Positions 36,814-50,032 are shown, numbered from the stretch's first letter. The stretch: DNA of 64,000 bases from Phyllobates terribilis (GCF_046119375.1 NW_027362761.1:349556001-349620000), one strand, 5' to 3'. Notes: generated by a model not told the origin, from the letters alone. Numbers and translations are program-made.

Positions 36814-37718
36814 TGTTAGGAGGGCGGTTGCAGACAACTTTATTATAGTGGAACGCAACCGACCCCGGGGTCCGCGATGCAGCCTGGTGGACTGCTGCCG
36901 AACACTTACCGGGTGAAAAGGAAAGCAACCAACTTAAATGATAAACCCTTCCGTGTTACTGCACAAGGGAACTGGTATAGCGGTTCGCTCTATCTCCGTT
37001 AACTGCACGGGAGATGCGCGACCGGGGAAGTAGCTGTAGCCCTGTTAACTACACAGGGACTACACTGGCGGCGCTAGGATGCGTGTGTGACTACGCCGAC
37101 GGGTACACGTGCCTCCAGCCGGCGTGCTACCGGACTGAAGGGTATTACTCCACGTGGCTGACAGGCGATAGCCGTGGACAGGACGTCTGCAGGCTACTCG
37201 GGGTGTTAGGCGACCCCTTTGGCAGAGCCAGACTGCAAGACGGAGCTACCTGCCTATTTCCACTAGCCTGCCTATAGATACTACGTGGAACACAGTCGTC
37301 CAGACACCAGCATCACTGCTCAATGATCAGAGCGCGCCACCATGTTTGTGGGCGGGTCTTTTTAAGACTAAGCCCTGCCCACCTTCGCACTATTGGTGGC
37401 GTCACTCGCGACCAATCAGGCGGTGCCAGGTCACCGGATCAGGTGGTTGCCAAACCACCAATCACGGTCCGCCAGGTCACGGACATGCTCAGTGCGGAGA
37501 ATCCTGGACTTAGGCTCCAAGAGCCCTGTCTCCCTCCGCAACCTAGGCTTAACATTGCTAGGCACAAATACCCAAGAGACAATCTGTACATCTCGGAACC
37601 AGCTAGGCGTTGGGGCTGATGATGATGCTGAGCAGCATCATCCTTGGCTGGACTGGAATAAGAGACCACAGCAGGCTCTGGACCCATTTCAAATCCAGCA
37701 ACAGCGTGACAACTAACA
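36814..37718. mobile_element. Solo LTR (TGTTA..TAACA ends, BEL/Pao-like by ends and 5-bp TSD)
   Basis: TGTTAGG...AACTAACA, flanks CATAG/CTTAG (one mismatch). Interrupts the MITE copy, which resumes afterwards. Confidence 0.65.
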
Positions 37719-38244
37719 CTTAGTACCTGAATAAAAAGTAAATATTATACTTACCTTCTGATGGCCTGCAGTGCGCTTGCCGGCAGCTCGCGGTGGACTG
37801 CCGACAAGCACACTGGGGGCCATAAGAAGGTAAATATATATTTATTTTTTACGATTCTTTCGGTCACACTATATAAATCCATGCCGTTTGCATGGATTTA
37901 TATTGTGTGACCAAGTTGCAAGCACTTTCCAAGTGATGCTAAAATCGCTTGGAAAGCGCTTGACAACCCGCATGTGGAAATGCATGTGAAGAACGCTTCA
38001 CTTTCGCATCTCCGTGGTAGGAAAAACTCATGTACAATCTGCATGCGTTTTTTCTGCCAGGGAGATGCAGAAACGCTCAGGAAAAAATCCGGAGCATTTC
38101 TGCATCGTAGGCACATAGCCTAATGCAACAGAGTTCTTCTACATTTCACAATGTTTCTGGTTTCTATGTAAAAAGACTGCAAACTTTGGAGTCAATCATG
38201 CTGTGTGCTTCAATTTGACTAGACTTCTGTAATTTCCGGCAAAG

Positions 38245-38427
38245 CCAACTGGATAAAAAAATATATAAATTTAATGAATCAAATTAAAAGTCCATTAAAA
38301 GTTAAAAACCTCAACATATGACTAAGGGCGTAATAGTATGTCAGAAATGCGTCAGCAGTTGAGGTTTTTAACTTTTAATGGACTTTTAATTTGATTCATT
38401 AAACTTATATATTTTTTATCCAGTTGG
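38245..38427. repeat. 71-bp inverted repeat with 42-bp spacer (Penelope-like remnant)
   Basis: CCAACTGGATAAAAAA..AAAAACCTCAAC mirrored at 38358-38427. The spacer contains TGACTAAGGG..GAAATGCGTCAG. Confidence 0.6.
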
Positions 38428-38612
38428 TTGTGCCGAAAACTACCTTCGTTTTTTTACTCTCTGTCAGATGCAATCACCAGCAGGTACGGCACCCACTGGT
38501 TTCTAATCACAGCAACGGATTCATTCATGTTACCAGCATGAACAGCTCTAACCCTCCCCCCTCTCCCAAATTCCTCCTAGACTTCTGCAATGTAGTAGTA
38601 TAGTTAGGTTAC

Positions 38613-38775
38613 TTGGGCAGGTGGGAAACTCCTAATTTCATGTGCATTCATACAAATCGATAAGGCACTTCTTACTCCACCATATGGCACTTCCATAATA
38701 TGGTATGCATGTGTAAAATATGAAGCAGTGTGGCAGTAATGGAGGGAGCAAAGCCAGGTGTTCTGACGTGGAAAT
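38613..38775 (-). pseudogene. Exon-like segment (Sema N-terminal YxGAR exon homologue)
   Basis: GATTACAG| and |GTAACC, 163 nt. Reads ..PYGGVRSALSICMNAHEI.. like LYVGAREAL..NALNI, at a similar distance from a phase-0 exon end. Confidence 0.45.
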
Positions 38776-38883
38776 CTGTAATCCAAGTAAGAGATCCATC
38801 ATCACAAGTGATTTTAATCAAAGGCCTTCATTATGTTAATTAGTCTTAAAAGCATAGACTTCCACAAGTCCCATCCACACCTA

Positions 38884-40806
38884 CAGTGGGGAAAAAAGTA
38901 TTTACACTGTGTTCCAAATTATTATGCAAATAATATTTTCTCAGATTTTCCCAAATTACCTATATGAATTGCAGTCATTGTAATTTTCCAGTCAAATAAC
39001 TATTAGAGTACAATTGAAAGGTTTTTGTACAAACTGCCTATGATAACAGTATATTTTTAAAAAAATAAAAAACTCAAACTGCACTCAAAATGCATGTTCC
39101 AAATTATTATGCACAGCAGAGTTTTCAACCTTTTCATTTTAATAAAGAACAAAAAAATGGTCATTTTTGAAATTATAAGCATTAGCAGGTTATTACAAAC
39201 TGAAATCAAACAGTTTTCAACTCAAAACTTTATTCTAGGTGATGTTACATTTGCACATAGGACACCTTGTTCGAAAGGAGCTTCTGAACTCTCTCGTCCA
39301 TTGAATTTGTCAGGTTTTGGATGGTTTCTGCTTTAATTGTTTTGCATGAGGACAGAATACCCTCCCAGAGCTGTTGCTTAGATGTGAACTGCCTCCCGCC
39401 ATCATAGACACTCCTTTTGATGATGCTCCAGAGGTTCTCAATGAGGTTGAGGTCAGGGGAGCATGGGTGCCACACCATAAGTTTGTCCCCTTTTATGCCC
39501 ATAGCAGCCAGAGATGCAGATGTGTTATGTGCAGCATGAGACGGGGTATTATCATGCATGAAAATGATCTTGCTGCGGAATGCACGGTTCTTCTTCTTGA
39601 ACCATGGAAGGAAGTGCTGTTTGAGAAACTCAACATACATTATGGAGTTCATCTTTACCCCTTCAAGGATCCTAAAAGGGCCGACAATCTCTCTCCCCAT
39701 GATTCCAGCCCAAAACATTACTCCACCTCCTCCTTGTTAGCGCCGTAGCCGTGTTTGCATGGGGTGTCCATCAACCAGCCATCCTCCACTCCATCCATCT
39801 GGACCATCGAGATCATTTCATGCATGATAATGCCCCGTCTCATACTGCACATAACACATCTGCATCTCTGGCTGCTATGGGTATAAAAGGGGAAAACTTA
39901 AGGTGTGGCACCCATGCTCCCCTGACCTCAACCCCATTGAGAACCTCTGGAGCATCATCAAAAGGAGTGTCTATGATGGCGGGAGGCAGTTCACATCTAA
40001 GCAACAGCTCTGGGAAGGTATTCTGTCCTCATGCAAAACAATTAAAGCAGAAACCATCCAAAACCTGACAAATTCAATGGACGAGAGAGTTCAGAAGCTC
40101 CTTTCGAACAAGGGGTCCTATGTGCAAGTGTAACATCACCTAGAATAAAGTTTTGAGTTGAAAACTGTTTGATTTCAGTTTGTAATAACCTGCTAATGCT
40201 TATAATTTCAAAAATGACCATTTTTTTGTTCTTTATTAAAATGAAAAGGTTGAAAACTCTGCTGTGCATAATAATTTGGAACATGCATTTTGAGTGCAGT
40301 TTGAGTTTTTTATTTTTTTAAAAATATACTGTTATCATAGGCAGTTTGTACAAAAACCTTTCAATTGTACTCTAATAGTTATTTGACTGGAAAATTACAA
40401 TGACTGCAATTCATATAGGTAATTTGGGAAAATCTGAGAAAATATTATTTGCATAATAATTTGGAACACAGTGTAGTCAGCCACCAATTGTGCAAGTTCT
40501 CCCACTTAAAAAGATGAGAGAGGCCAGTAATTGACATCATAGGTAGACCTCAACTATGAGAGACAAAATGAGAAAACAAACCCTGAAATCACATTGTCTG
40601 ATTTGTAAAGAAATTTTTTTCAAATTTTGGTGGAAAATAAGTATTTGGTCAATTACAAAAGTTCATCTCAATACTTTGTTATATACCCTTTGTTGGCAAT
40701 GACAGAGATCAAACGTTTTCTGTAAGTTTTCACAAGGTTGGCACACACTGTTGCTGGCATGTTGGCCCATTCCTCCATGCAGATCTCCTCTAGAGCAGTG
40801 ATGTTT
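38884..40806. mobile_element. Truncated Tc1 element interrupted 21 bp from its end
   Basis: TA|CAGTGGGGAAAAAAGTATTTA continues as GTCAGCCACCAATTGTGCAAG after the insert at 38905-40473. Confidence 0.8.
38905..40473. mobile_element. Fold-back DD37E (TRT-type) Tc1 derivative made of two inverted 3' halves
   Basis: TA|CACTGTGTTCCAAATT..AATTTGGAACACAGTG|TA. The transposase C-terminus is encoded on both arms (39245-39718 minus, 39903-40133 plus). LDGPDG motif; 37 residues between D and E. Confidence 0.9.
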
Positions 40807-40880
40807 AATAATAATTCTTTTCCTCTCTCCTAACTCCTAAACTCATTATTCACTCAAGACAAGATGGACTGTGAACTTAC

Positions 40881-40912
40881 TGATGAATCAGATCGTAGCA
40901 AACTACTGAAGC
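40881..40912 (-). other. 32-nt exon-like segment
   Basis: Long pyrimidine tract ..CTACTTCCTCCTTAG| and CA|GTAAGT donor. Confidence 0.35.
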
Positions 40913-42768
40913 CTAAGGAGGAAGTAGGAGATAGAAGCAAAGTGAGAGAGAGAGAACCCCACTGTTGCTCAGTGGTGGACAAAGACAGGAGAGGGCCCCT
41001 GTGCAAGAAAAATATATGGGCCCTTTGCAGCCCAAAAGCTCATAATAATGCACAATTCCACTAACTTCACCCTAGTGCTGGATTCACAGGTACACTGCGC
41101 AGTGATGCTGTATAATATTCTACATATTGCTGCTGTTGCTTCTGAACATGTACTATATAGGGGCAGGAAAGCAGAAATGCCTTGTGTTTCTGATTGCAAT
41201 ATATGGGAGACACCATGGAAACAACGCCTACTAGCTCAGGGACAAATGAAAATTAGAGATCGAACTTGCAGAGGGCAAAACTGGTGAAACACATTATACA
41301 AGTCATATAATGACCTGAAATAGTGGTATTCTTCATTAAGCATGACTCGCCCCCTGGGCCGTGGGGCACTCGGATCCGGGCAATAGGGAGACGATGGGGG
41401 TAGTAGTGGCGACCCGGTTCCGTGGCTCAGGGTGGTCAGGCCAATGGTAGTCTGCTACGTTCTGCTGATAATGTCCGACTACGCCACCCGTGGATTGCGG
41501 TTATTAGGAACCGCCGCTGCATGCAGACCGCTGGGGCTGATGAGGTGTGCAGCTAGGGTAGTGTGACTCCCCACGGGAAGAGTGCGGCCCCAGGGCAGTA
41601 TAATTGATGGTGGGAGTGATGGTAGTGAGAGTCCCAGTGTTAATAGTGCTGGAGGAGCAAGGAGCACACAGACAACAGGTTGCAGTACAGGGTCTTTACT
41701 AGAACAGGCAAACTGACCCACAAACAGTCCCGGCTAGGAGGGGACCTGGATGTCTGAGAGCAACGGGGAAATTGGCCCTGGTCAGGGTGAGGGTGTAGGC
41801 CTACCGTGCTTTCTGTGCTCCTTCTGGCTATCTCCTCGTTATAGGGTAGCAGCCCACGTTTCCGAGCTTTCCGTGTATTCTCGCCTGTATGGCCTGCGAC
41901 GTGGGTTCCTTTCTGCTCCCAGCCTTGTACGGCTCTGCTGGTCCCTTCTGTTGTGGCAGAGCCTCCAGGCTTCTTAGGCCAAGGAATATACAGTCCCCTG
42001 CGAACTGGTTATCTGCTGGAGGATGTAGAATCCTCCCAGCCTCAGACACCAAAGTCTGGTAAAGTTAAGTCCGTTATCTGCCAAGACAGACTCTCTTCGC
42101 CTCTTGTCTCTGGCTTGTGGCTCTCCTCCTGCCACACTTCCTCTTAGGTGCAGTGCAACTGTCTGTCCCTGCTCTGCTCTGGGACAAGTCTCAGTCCTGA
42201 CACAGGCCTTCAAGTTTTTTCTAACCCTGCCCCCAGCACCAGCTTTTATAGGGGCAGCCTGCTCCCCCTACTGGCCTGAGACAGGAGGTACTGCATGCTA
42301 ATGTTCCCCTGACTAGAGAACCTCCCCCTTGCTCTCAGACACAGCTTTATTACATTTTGTGGCATCCAGGCTAGGGTGACACATTCCCCCCTAGTGAAAT
42401 TTAGTACTCCAGGACTAAACAATAAACAAAGACAATATGCATACCATAAAACATTAGTATACAAGTGACGCACAGATTGAGTTCTTAAGGTCACAGTGTG
42501 GTCTGTGACCGGGTGTCCATATCACCAGCTCAACGGGGAGCCTTAACCAGGTGGGGGTCTGTCCTACCCCAAGTCCTTCACAGTCTTAGTTCATTCCTGG
42601 GTTAGGCTCCGAACGCAGTCCATACAAGGTCCTGGTTATAAAAAGTCCATAACCTGTGAGTCCTTATGGTAGCTGCAAGAAACTGAAACACAGAATTACC
42701 AAACAGGCATGTAACTTGGCAAACAATTCAACATTTGGCAACAGAGTTATTTACAATTTTAGCGCGCT

Positions 42769-45700
42769 CTATATTTTCCAGCAAGCGGGTATCTGCCCCT
42801 TTGTGCTCCTGGTTGATCTACATAGCCCACTGTCTGGTGGTGGACCAACCTGGCTTTCCCCACTAGCGTTAGGGGTACAGCTAACAGCTGGGTGTACAGG
42901 TAGGGCAGGCAGCTGTCTGCGGGTCCTTTGGCTTACCGCAGGCATGGCAGGCTCACTGTCAGCAGAGGGTTGACTCTCCTGGGCTGCTGGTACAGGCTCT
43001 TCTGCCTCTGGAACCGCTTGCTCCTCTTCACCTTCCGGCTCTGGTGTTGGTTGTTGCTGTGCCGGTTGCAGGAAATGCAGGACGGGTACCACTATGGCAT
43101 CATTTATGCGAGTCCAGGACTGAGGGAACTCTCCGAGAACGGTGCTGATCATTTCTTCCTTGTCCTCTGCGGGTTCAAGGTCACTCTGATCCTCTTCTGC
43201 ACTACGGAGTTGCTCGGGCCACCTTTTGAGGTGGTCTCTGGAGACGGTGCTAGTGGTTTCTCCTCCGTCCTTGGTGATCACGCACACCTTCGGGTTGTCG
43301 TGGTCAGACTGCAGTACGGTGTAGGGTTCCCGTTCCCACTGGTCGTCCAACTTATGTAGCCTTCTTTTTCGCTTTAGGACTTGCTCACCAGGTTCTAGGG
43401 GACCAGCAGGGGCGTGTTGATTGAAGAGTTTTTCTTGCCTCTCTCTCACCTGGGCCAGGCTCTTCTCCACACTCTCCTGTACCTTCTTGTACTGCAGTTG
43501 CCTTTCCGTATCCCAGTCCGCATCCAGGGAGGTGTCCTCAGGTATTAGGACTCCCATCTCCAGGTCTACGGGCAGCTTACCTGGTCTGGCTCGCATCAGG
43601 TAAGCCGGGGTGCAGTTTGTAGCATTCACCGGGATATTGTTGTATAGGTCTATTAGGTCCGGCAGTTTTTCTGGCCACAGGCTGCGTTCCTCCAGGGGCA
43701 ACGTCTTCAGGAGATCAATGACTATATTGTTCATCTTCTCACACATCCCGTTGGTTTTAGGGTGGTAAGGCGTTGTACGAATCTTCTTACAGCCATAGAG
43801 TTTGCAGAACTCCTGGAAGATTTCAGCCTCAAGCGCTGGACCCTGGTCTGTCAGGACCTGTTCCGGATACCCGTGTGGACGGCAGAAATATTGCTGGAAG
43901 GCTCTGGCCGCTGTTTGGGCTGTCAAGTCCTTTACTGGGACCACCACTAGAAAACGGTAATAGTGGTCCATGATTGTCAGGGCATAGATGTATCCAGACC
44001 GGCTTGGAGCCAATTTGACGTGGTCCAGAGCTACCAGCTCAAGAGGCTGCGTGGTGACGATGGGCCTCAAGGGTGTCTTCTGGCTGGCACGGTCCTTCCT
44101 CCTTAGGTGACAAGGGCCACAGTCTCTGCACCATTTTTCTACAGCTCCTCTCATGCCGACCCAAAAGAACCTTCCTCTTAGTAGGAACTCCAGTTTCTTC
44201 CAACCGAAGTGTCCCGCTCTGTCATGGTAAGCCCCCAGGACCATAGCTGCATCCCGCCTTGGGACCACGACTTGCCAGGTCAGCTCGTGCGTCCGGTGGT
44301 TGACAATCCTTCTGCACAACTTGCCTTCGTAGAGGAACAGCTTGCTCTTCTCCTTCCATAGCTGCTTGGCTTCCTCTGGGGCATCTGGATCTAAGCGGGC
44401 GTCTTCCCGGGTCAGCAGATCTTTCACCAGGCGGACTGCAGGGTCACTATCTTGGGTCTCGGCCCAGCTGTGGTGAGGTAGGGGATTGATCATCACAGTT
44501 GTTAGATCCTCCTCCTTCACGCGGTGAGAGTATTGAGCGGCTCCATACCGGTGAAACGCGGGAGTTCTACCTCCTCCAGCTCTTCTGGGTCTTCGTCACC
44601 TTCAGGTAAGTGAGGCATCCTTGATAGGGCATCCGCGTTGGCATTGGTTTTGCCTGCCCGGTACTTGATCACGAAGTCATAGTTGGAGAGACGGGCCATC
44701 CACCGCTGTTCCAGGGCACCCAGTCTTGCATTGTCCAGGTGTGTCAACGGGTTGTTGTCCGTGTACACGGTGAACTTTGCGGAGGCCAGGTAATGCTTGA
44801 AGCATTCCGTCACGGCCAACACCACCGCCAAGAATTCTAGCTTGAAGGAGCTGTAATTCTCCGGGTTCCTCTCGGTGGGCCTCAGCTTCCGGCTGGCGTA
44901 TGCGATCACCCGTTCTCTGCCCTGTTGGTTTTGGGACAGTACGGCTCCCAGTCCCACATTACTGGCGTCTGTGTGAAGGATAAAAGGCTGGCCATAATCA
45001 GGGTAGGCCAGGATCTCATCCCCCGTGAGGGCCATCTTTAGCTGGCGGAAGGACTCCTCTTCCGGTTTATCCCACTTGAAGGGTGGCTTTAGACTTCTGG
45101 ACTTAGACTGTCCGATCAGGAGGTCCTGCATAGGAGCTGCCATCTTAGTGAACCCGGGGATGAACCTTCGGTAGTAGCCTACCAACCCGAGAAACTGTCT
45201 CACCTCTTTGATGTTCGAGGGGCTTGGCCAGCTCTTGATTGCAGTGACCTTGTCAGGGTCGGGGGCCACTCCTTCCGCGCTTACCACGTGCCCTAGGTAC
45301 TGGACCTTTGGTTTCAGCAGGTGACACTTCGATGGTTTCACCTTCAGGCCGTAGCCTGCCAGGGCTTCGAACACCTCGACCAGGTGCTTTAGGTGGTCCT
45401 CGTAGGTCTTCGAATAGACGATCACGTCGTCCAGTTAAAGGAGGACCGTCTCGAAGTTTCGGTGCCCTAGACAGCATTCCAGCAGCCGCTGGAAGGTCCC
45501 TGGTGTGTTGCAGAGCCCGAAAGGCATACAGTTGAATTCGCTCAGTCCCATCGGGGTGGTGAAGGCGGTCTTCTCCTTGTCAGCCTCTGCCACAGGAACC
45601 TGCCAGTACCCGCTAGTAAGGTCCAAAGTAGAAAAGAAGTTAGCAGATTTTAGTGCGGCTAAAGACTCCTCTATTCTAGGCAGCGGATATGCGTCTTTGT

Positions 45701-46937
45701 GGGTGATACGGTTGATTTGTCTATAGTCCACGCACATTCTCATGGTGCCGTCTTTCTTTTTCACCAGAACCAAGGGGGCTGCCCAGGGGCTACAGCTATC
45801 TCTAATGACCCCAGCTTCCTTCATTTCTCTTAGCATGCCCTTTGCGTTCTGATAATGTGCAGGGGGTACAGGTCGGTGTCTTTCTTTTATCGGTGGGTGG
45901 CTCCCTGTGGGGATGTGGTGTTCTATCCCTTTTACTCTGCCGAAGTCCAGCGGGTGCTTACTAAAGACTCTCTCGTACTCCTGTACCACCCGGTAGACTC
46001 CTTGTTTTTGGTGCAGGGGAGTGGAGTCAGCACCCACGTGGAGTTTCTGGCACCAGTCCTCCTTTTGTTTCTGGGAGCCATTACCCTCCGCCTGTGGAGA
46101 TGGAGGCAAGGGTTCCACGGCCCTGATAGCTTTGTGTTCGACAACAAACAGTTTGGCAAGTGTAGCGTACCTGGGTAAGTGTACCTCCCTCTCCCCAATG
46201 TTGAGGATGCGGACGGGCACCCTCCCATGATGGACATCAACCACCCCCCGAGCTGTCAAAATGGTGGGCCTGCTGTCTGAGTACACGGGTTCTACCATGG
46301 CTTGGTAGTCTCTACCTGTCAACCCGATTGCAGTCCGACACCAGATCATCATTTCACTTTTGGGAGGCATGGAAATGGGGAACGGGTCACTCAGTCTTAC
46401 GCTACCGATCTCACCACCAGACAGTTCTACCTGCTGCCGTCTCATCAGGGCTTTTATCTCCTTGTTGAGGACTCTCTGTTGGCTGGAACTAGCATTCACC
46501 GCCACCTGTTGTAAGATTACAATTACCTCTGAAAGACAATTTTCAATTACGTTAGTACCCACAGCTATTTTAGGGTGACTTTCACGACGGTCAATGTCCA
46601 CAATAATCACTCCCTGTGCCGGCAGTTCAACTTTACCAATTTTAATGGTCATCTCCTTGAACCCCATCTGCGGCACAGGTAAGCCATTACTGGCGATGAT
46701 GCTCAAGTTACTGTCTGGATACCGTGTGATATCAGCATCAGTCCAATACTGCTTAAAAAGTACATAAGGGATAGTGGTTACTTGTGACCCAGTATCCAGC
46801 AAGGCGCTCATGGGGATACCGTCCAGCACCACGGGTAAAACCGGACGCCCCCCAACGTACTTATTACGCCAATTGTAAGGGCCTGGTGATCTTATGCCTG
46901 GGGGTTGGCCCTTTGCCCCAGGTTGGACCCGTTTAAA
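42769..46937 (-). pseudogene. pol: Disrupted pol
   Basis: The Tyr codon of YLDD is changed to TAA (45435-45437) and there is a frameshift near 44560. PR, RT, RH and IN are otherwise colinear with the intact element. Confidence 0.92.
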
Positions 46938-47877
46938 TTACAGTACCTGGAAATGTGTCCGGGCTGGTTGCATCGACGGCAAATGGGCTGTCCATCCTCT
47001 GCGTAGCGGTCTGTGGGCTTCCCTCGGAATGACGGGATCCTCCTCTGTCGACGCCACGGGACATCCTCCAGACTTGAAGCCAGCTCGATGGGTCTTGCCG
47101 GGTCCACTTGCAACGCCTAGACGGTCCTGGTCAACGCCGCGATGCTCCTGGTCAGCTCCTGGACTTGGTGGTGCAGGTCTTTCGATGGGGCTTGGTTCAG
47201 GGCCTGTGCATCAGCCCCCACGGGATCCATAGAGGAGGGCGCCGCCTCCTGGTGGTTGGTGAGAGCAGGGCGCCGGGGGTTTATAGCGCCACTGGTTGCA
47301 GATTCACGGAGCACCCTTATGGCCCTGTCCTTAAATTGGGCAAAGGTCAGGTCGTGGTTCTGAAAGAACATGAGGCGCAGTTGGGCCCTGTGGGCACTAG
47401 ACAGCAGACCTTCTATGAATTGTTCTGTTAGTCGTCTATCCGTTTCCTGCACACTGCCAGGGTCAGTTTGTTGAATAGCCCTCAAGGCTTCCTGCAGATT
47501 TAGGGCATAGTCTCTGATGCTGTCCTGTGCCTGCTGCTTACATCCATAGAACCTCATTTTAATTTCAGCGGAGGTACGTGTGTCAAAGGTACCCCGCAGC
47601 CGGGCCAGAATACCCTTCACAGTCCTTTTCTCCTCAGTGGGCCATGATTTTACCTCCCTTTGGGCTGCGCCAGTTAACTGCCCTGTTAGTATGCTGACCT
47701 TCTGTTCAGGGGGTAAACCTGGAACAAACTGTACAGCCTTTCCTTAAAGTCAGTTAGGGCATGGGGCTCCCCTGAGTACTTGGGCAGCCAGGCCGCTCCA
47801 GGGATGTAGGGCAGGGAAAAGGGCATCACCGCTGTTGCAGCTGCGTTGGTGGTAGTGGGCGCCACTGTGTCCGACAT
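46892..47877 (-). pseudogene. gag: Disrupted gag
   Basis: Three ORF pieces (MSDTV.., ..FDTRTSAEIK.., ..CRRCNQPGHISRYC) separated by frameshifts near 47700 and 47115. Confidence 0.9.
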
Positions 47878-49974
47878 CTTCCTCCCCCCTAGTTAAGCGT
47901 GGCCTACCTTCCGATGATCCTCTTCTGTAGGTCGTGGCTCCGCTGCTGCTGCTCTGGACGAGGACCTTGCGTCGCGTCCTGATGACGTCAGCGTCGCTCT
48001 CTCTCCCTTCCAGGACCTTGCGCAGCGTCGGTGCGTGGGGCGGAGCTTCGGGTCTCGCGCGCTTTCGGCGTCCACGGCCCTCTTCTTCCCGCGCGGTGTC
48101 CTGAAGATAGCGTCCGACGGCGGGAAAACTACTTCGGATGGCGGGAAAACAGCTGAAGATGGCGGGAACCGACTGAAGATGGCGGGAAACGGCTCCAGAT
48201 GGTGGGAACCTTCACCACGGCAGGTATGACAGCCTTTTGAAGGCACGCAGTACCCGGTGGTTGCGGGCATGAAATCCTGCCGACTACGCCAAAGCTGACT
48301 CGCCCCCTGGGCCGTGGGGCACTCGGATCCGGGCAATAGGGAGACGATGGGGGTAGTAGTGGCAACCCGGTTCCGTGGCTCAGGGTGGTCAGGCCAATGG
48401 TAGTCTGCTACGTTCTGCTGATAATGTCCGACTACGCCACCCGTGGATTGCGGTTATTAGGAACCGCCGCTGCATGCAGACCGCTGGGGCTGATGAGGTG
48501 TGCAGCTAGGGTAGTGTGACTCCCCACGGGAAGAGTGCGGCCCCAGGGCAGTATAATGGATGGTGGGAGTGATGGTAGTGAGAGTCCCAGTGTTAATAGT
48601 GCTGGAGGAGCAAGGAGCACACAGACAACAGGTTGCAGTCCAGGGTCTTTACTAGAACAGGCAAACTGACCCACAAACAGTCCCGGCTAGGAGGGGACCT
48701 GGATGTCTGAGAGCAACGGGGAAATTGGCCCTGGTCAGGGTGAGGGTGTAGGCCTACCATGCTTTCTGTGCTCCTTCTGGCTATCTCCTCGTTATAGGGT
48801 AGCAGCCCACGTTTCCGAGCTTTCCGTGTATTCTCGCCTGTATGGCCTGCGACGTGGGTTCCTTTCTGCTCCCAGCCTTGTACGGCTCTGCTGGTCCCTT
48901 CTGTTGTGGCAGAGCCTCCAGGCTTCTTAGGCCAAGGAATATACAGTCCCCTGCGAACCGGTTATCTGCTGGAGGATGTAGAATCCTCCCAGCCTCAGAC
49001 ACCAAAGTCTGGTAAAGTTAAGTCCGTTATCTGCCAAGACAGGCTCTCTTCGCCTCTTGTCTCTGGCTTGTGGCTCTCCTCCTGCCACACTTCCTCTTAG
49101 GTGCAGTGCAACTGTCTGTCCCTGCTCTGCTCTGGGACAAGTCTCAGTCCTGAGACAGGCCTTCAAGTTTTTTCTAACCCTGCCCCCAGCACCAGCTTTT
49201 ATAGGGGCAGCCTGCTCCCCCTACTGGCCTGAGACAGGAGGTACTGCATGCTAATGTTCCCCTTGCTCTCAGACACAGCTTTATTACATTATGTGGCATC
49301 CAGGCCAGGGTGACACAAGTACACTACACGTCACTTTAATATATGTGCTTATCAGTAACAGTGAAATATTAGGACTACTGGACATAGAAAGTGTATCTGT
49401 AGTTAAACTGGTAAGTCATATATTCCAATAGACTTGTTGCTTTTTAGGTTTTAGAACCAGTTGGCTTCTTGAGATAAATAGCATGGATAAATGTATACTG
49501 GATATAATGTTTATATGCAGTGTAGTAGAGTAACAAGTGAACAAGAAGTGTAACTAACACATAATGACTTGTCTCAACTGTCTGCTTCTCTGCATGCTTC
49601 TATACTCATGCCCCCTCTCTGTACAGTTTCATGTCCCGCCACCTCTTCCCCTTCCCCGTCTCTTCTTTGCCACCCTTATGCCTTGGCAGGAGACTGCTGA
49701 GTCTATTTAGCATATTTATAGGAATGCTTATGTTGACAGCTCACATTTCCATAATGCATTTCAATAAGGAGACCGGTGTTTCTTATTTTCTTCCAGTCAC
49801 CCATGGTCTGTCTTAAAATAGCAGTGCCACTTTCCCCTCACCTATCTAAGCTGCAGATAGTAACCTTTGCTAACGGGGCTGCCCTTTGTAAAGGTAGAGA
49901 AAATCCATGCCTAAGGAATTCTCTGGAGAAGGACTACTAGCAGCATCATTTCCAATTGCCTTTAGATGACTTAC

Positions 49975-50032
49975 TTTGTTATTCCAGCCATTCGACCTCT
50001 GCAGCCTTGTACTTGTGTAGGGCCCCATGCTT
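49975..50032 (-). pseudogene. Exon-like remnant with GALHK
   Basis: HGALHK (50012-50029), as in the semaphorin DxGALHK motif. AA|GTAAGT donor at 49975. In-frame stop before the donor. Confidence 0.3.

Larger units (their letters stand above)
41343..49317 (-). mobile_element. Full-length but disabled Ty3/Gypsy element, sister subfamily of 17884-25737
   Basis: LTRs 41343-42383 and 48296-49317 differ by about 9 substitutions and a 19-bp indel. TSD AGCA/AGTA. tRNA-Ser PBS at 48274-48291, PPT at 42384. Confidence 0.95.
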
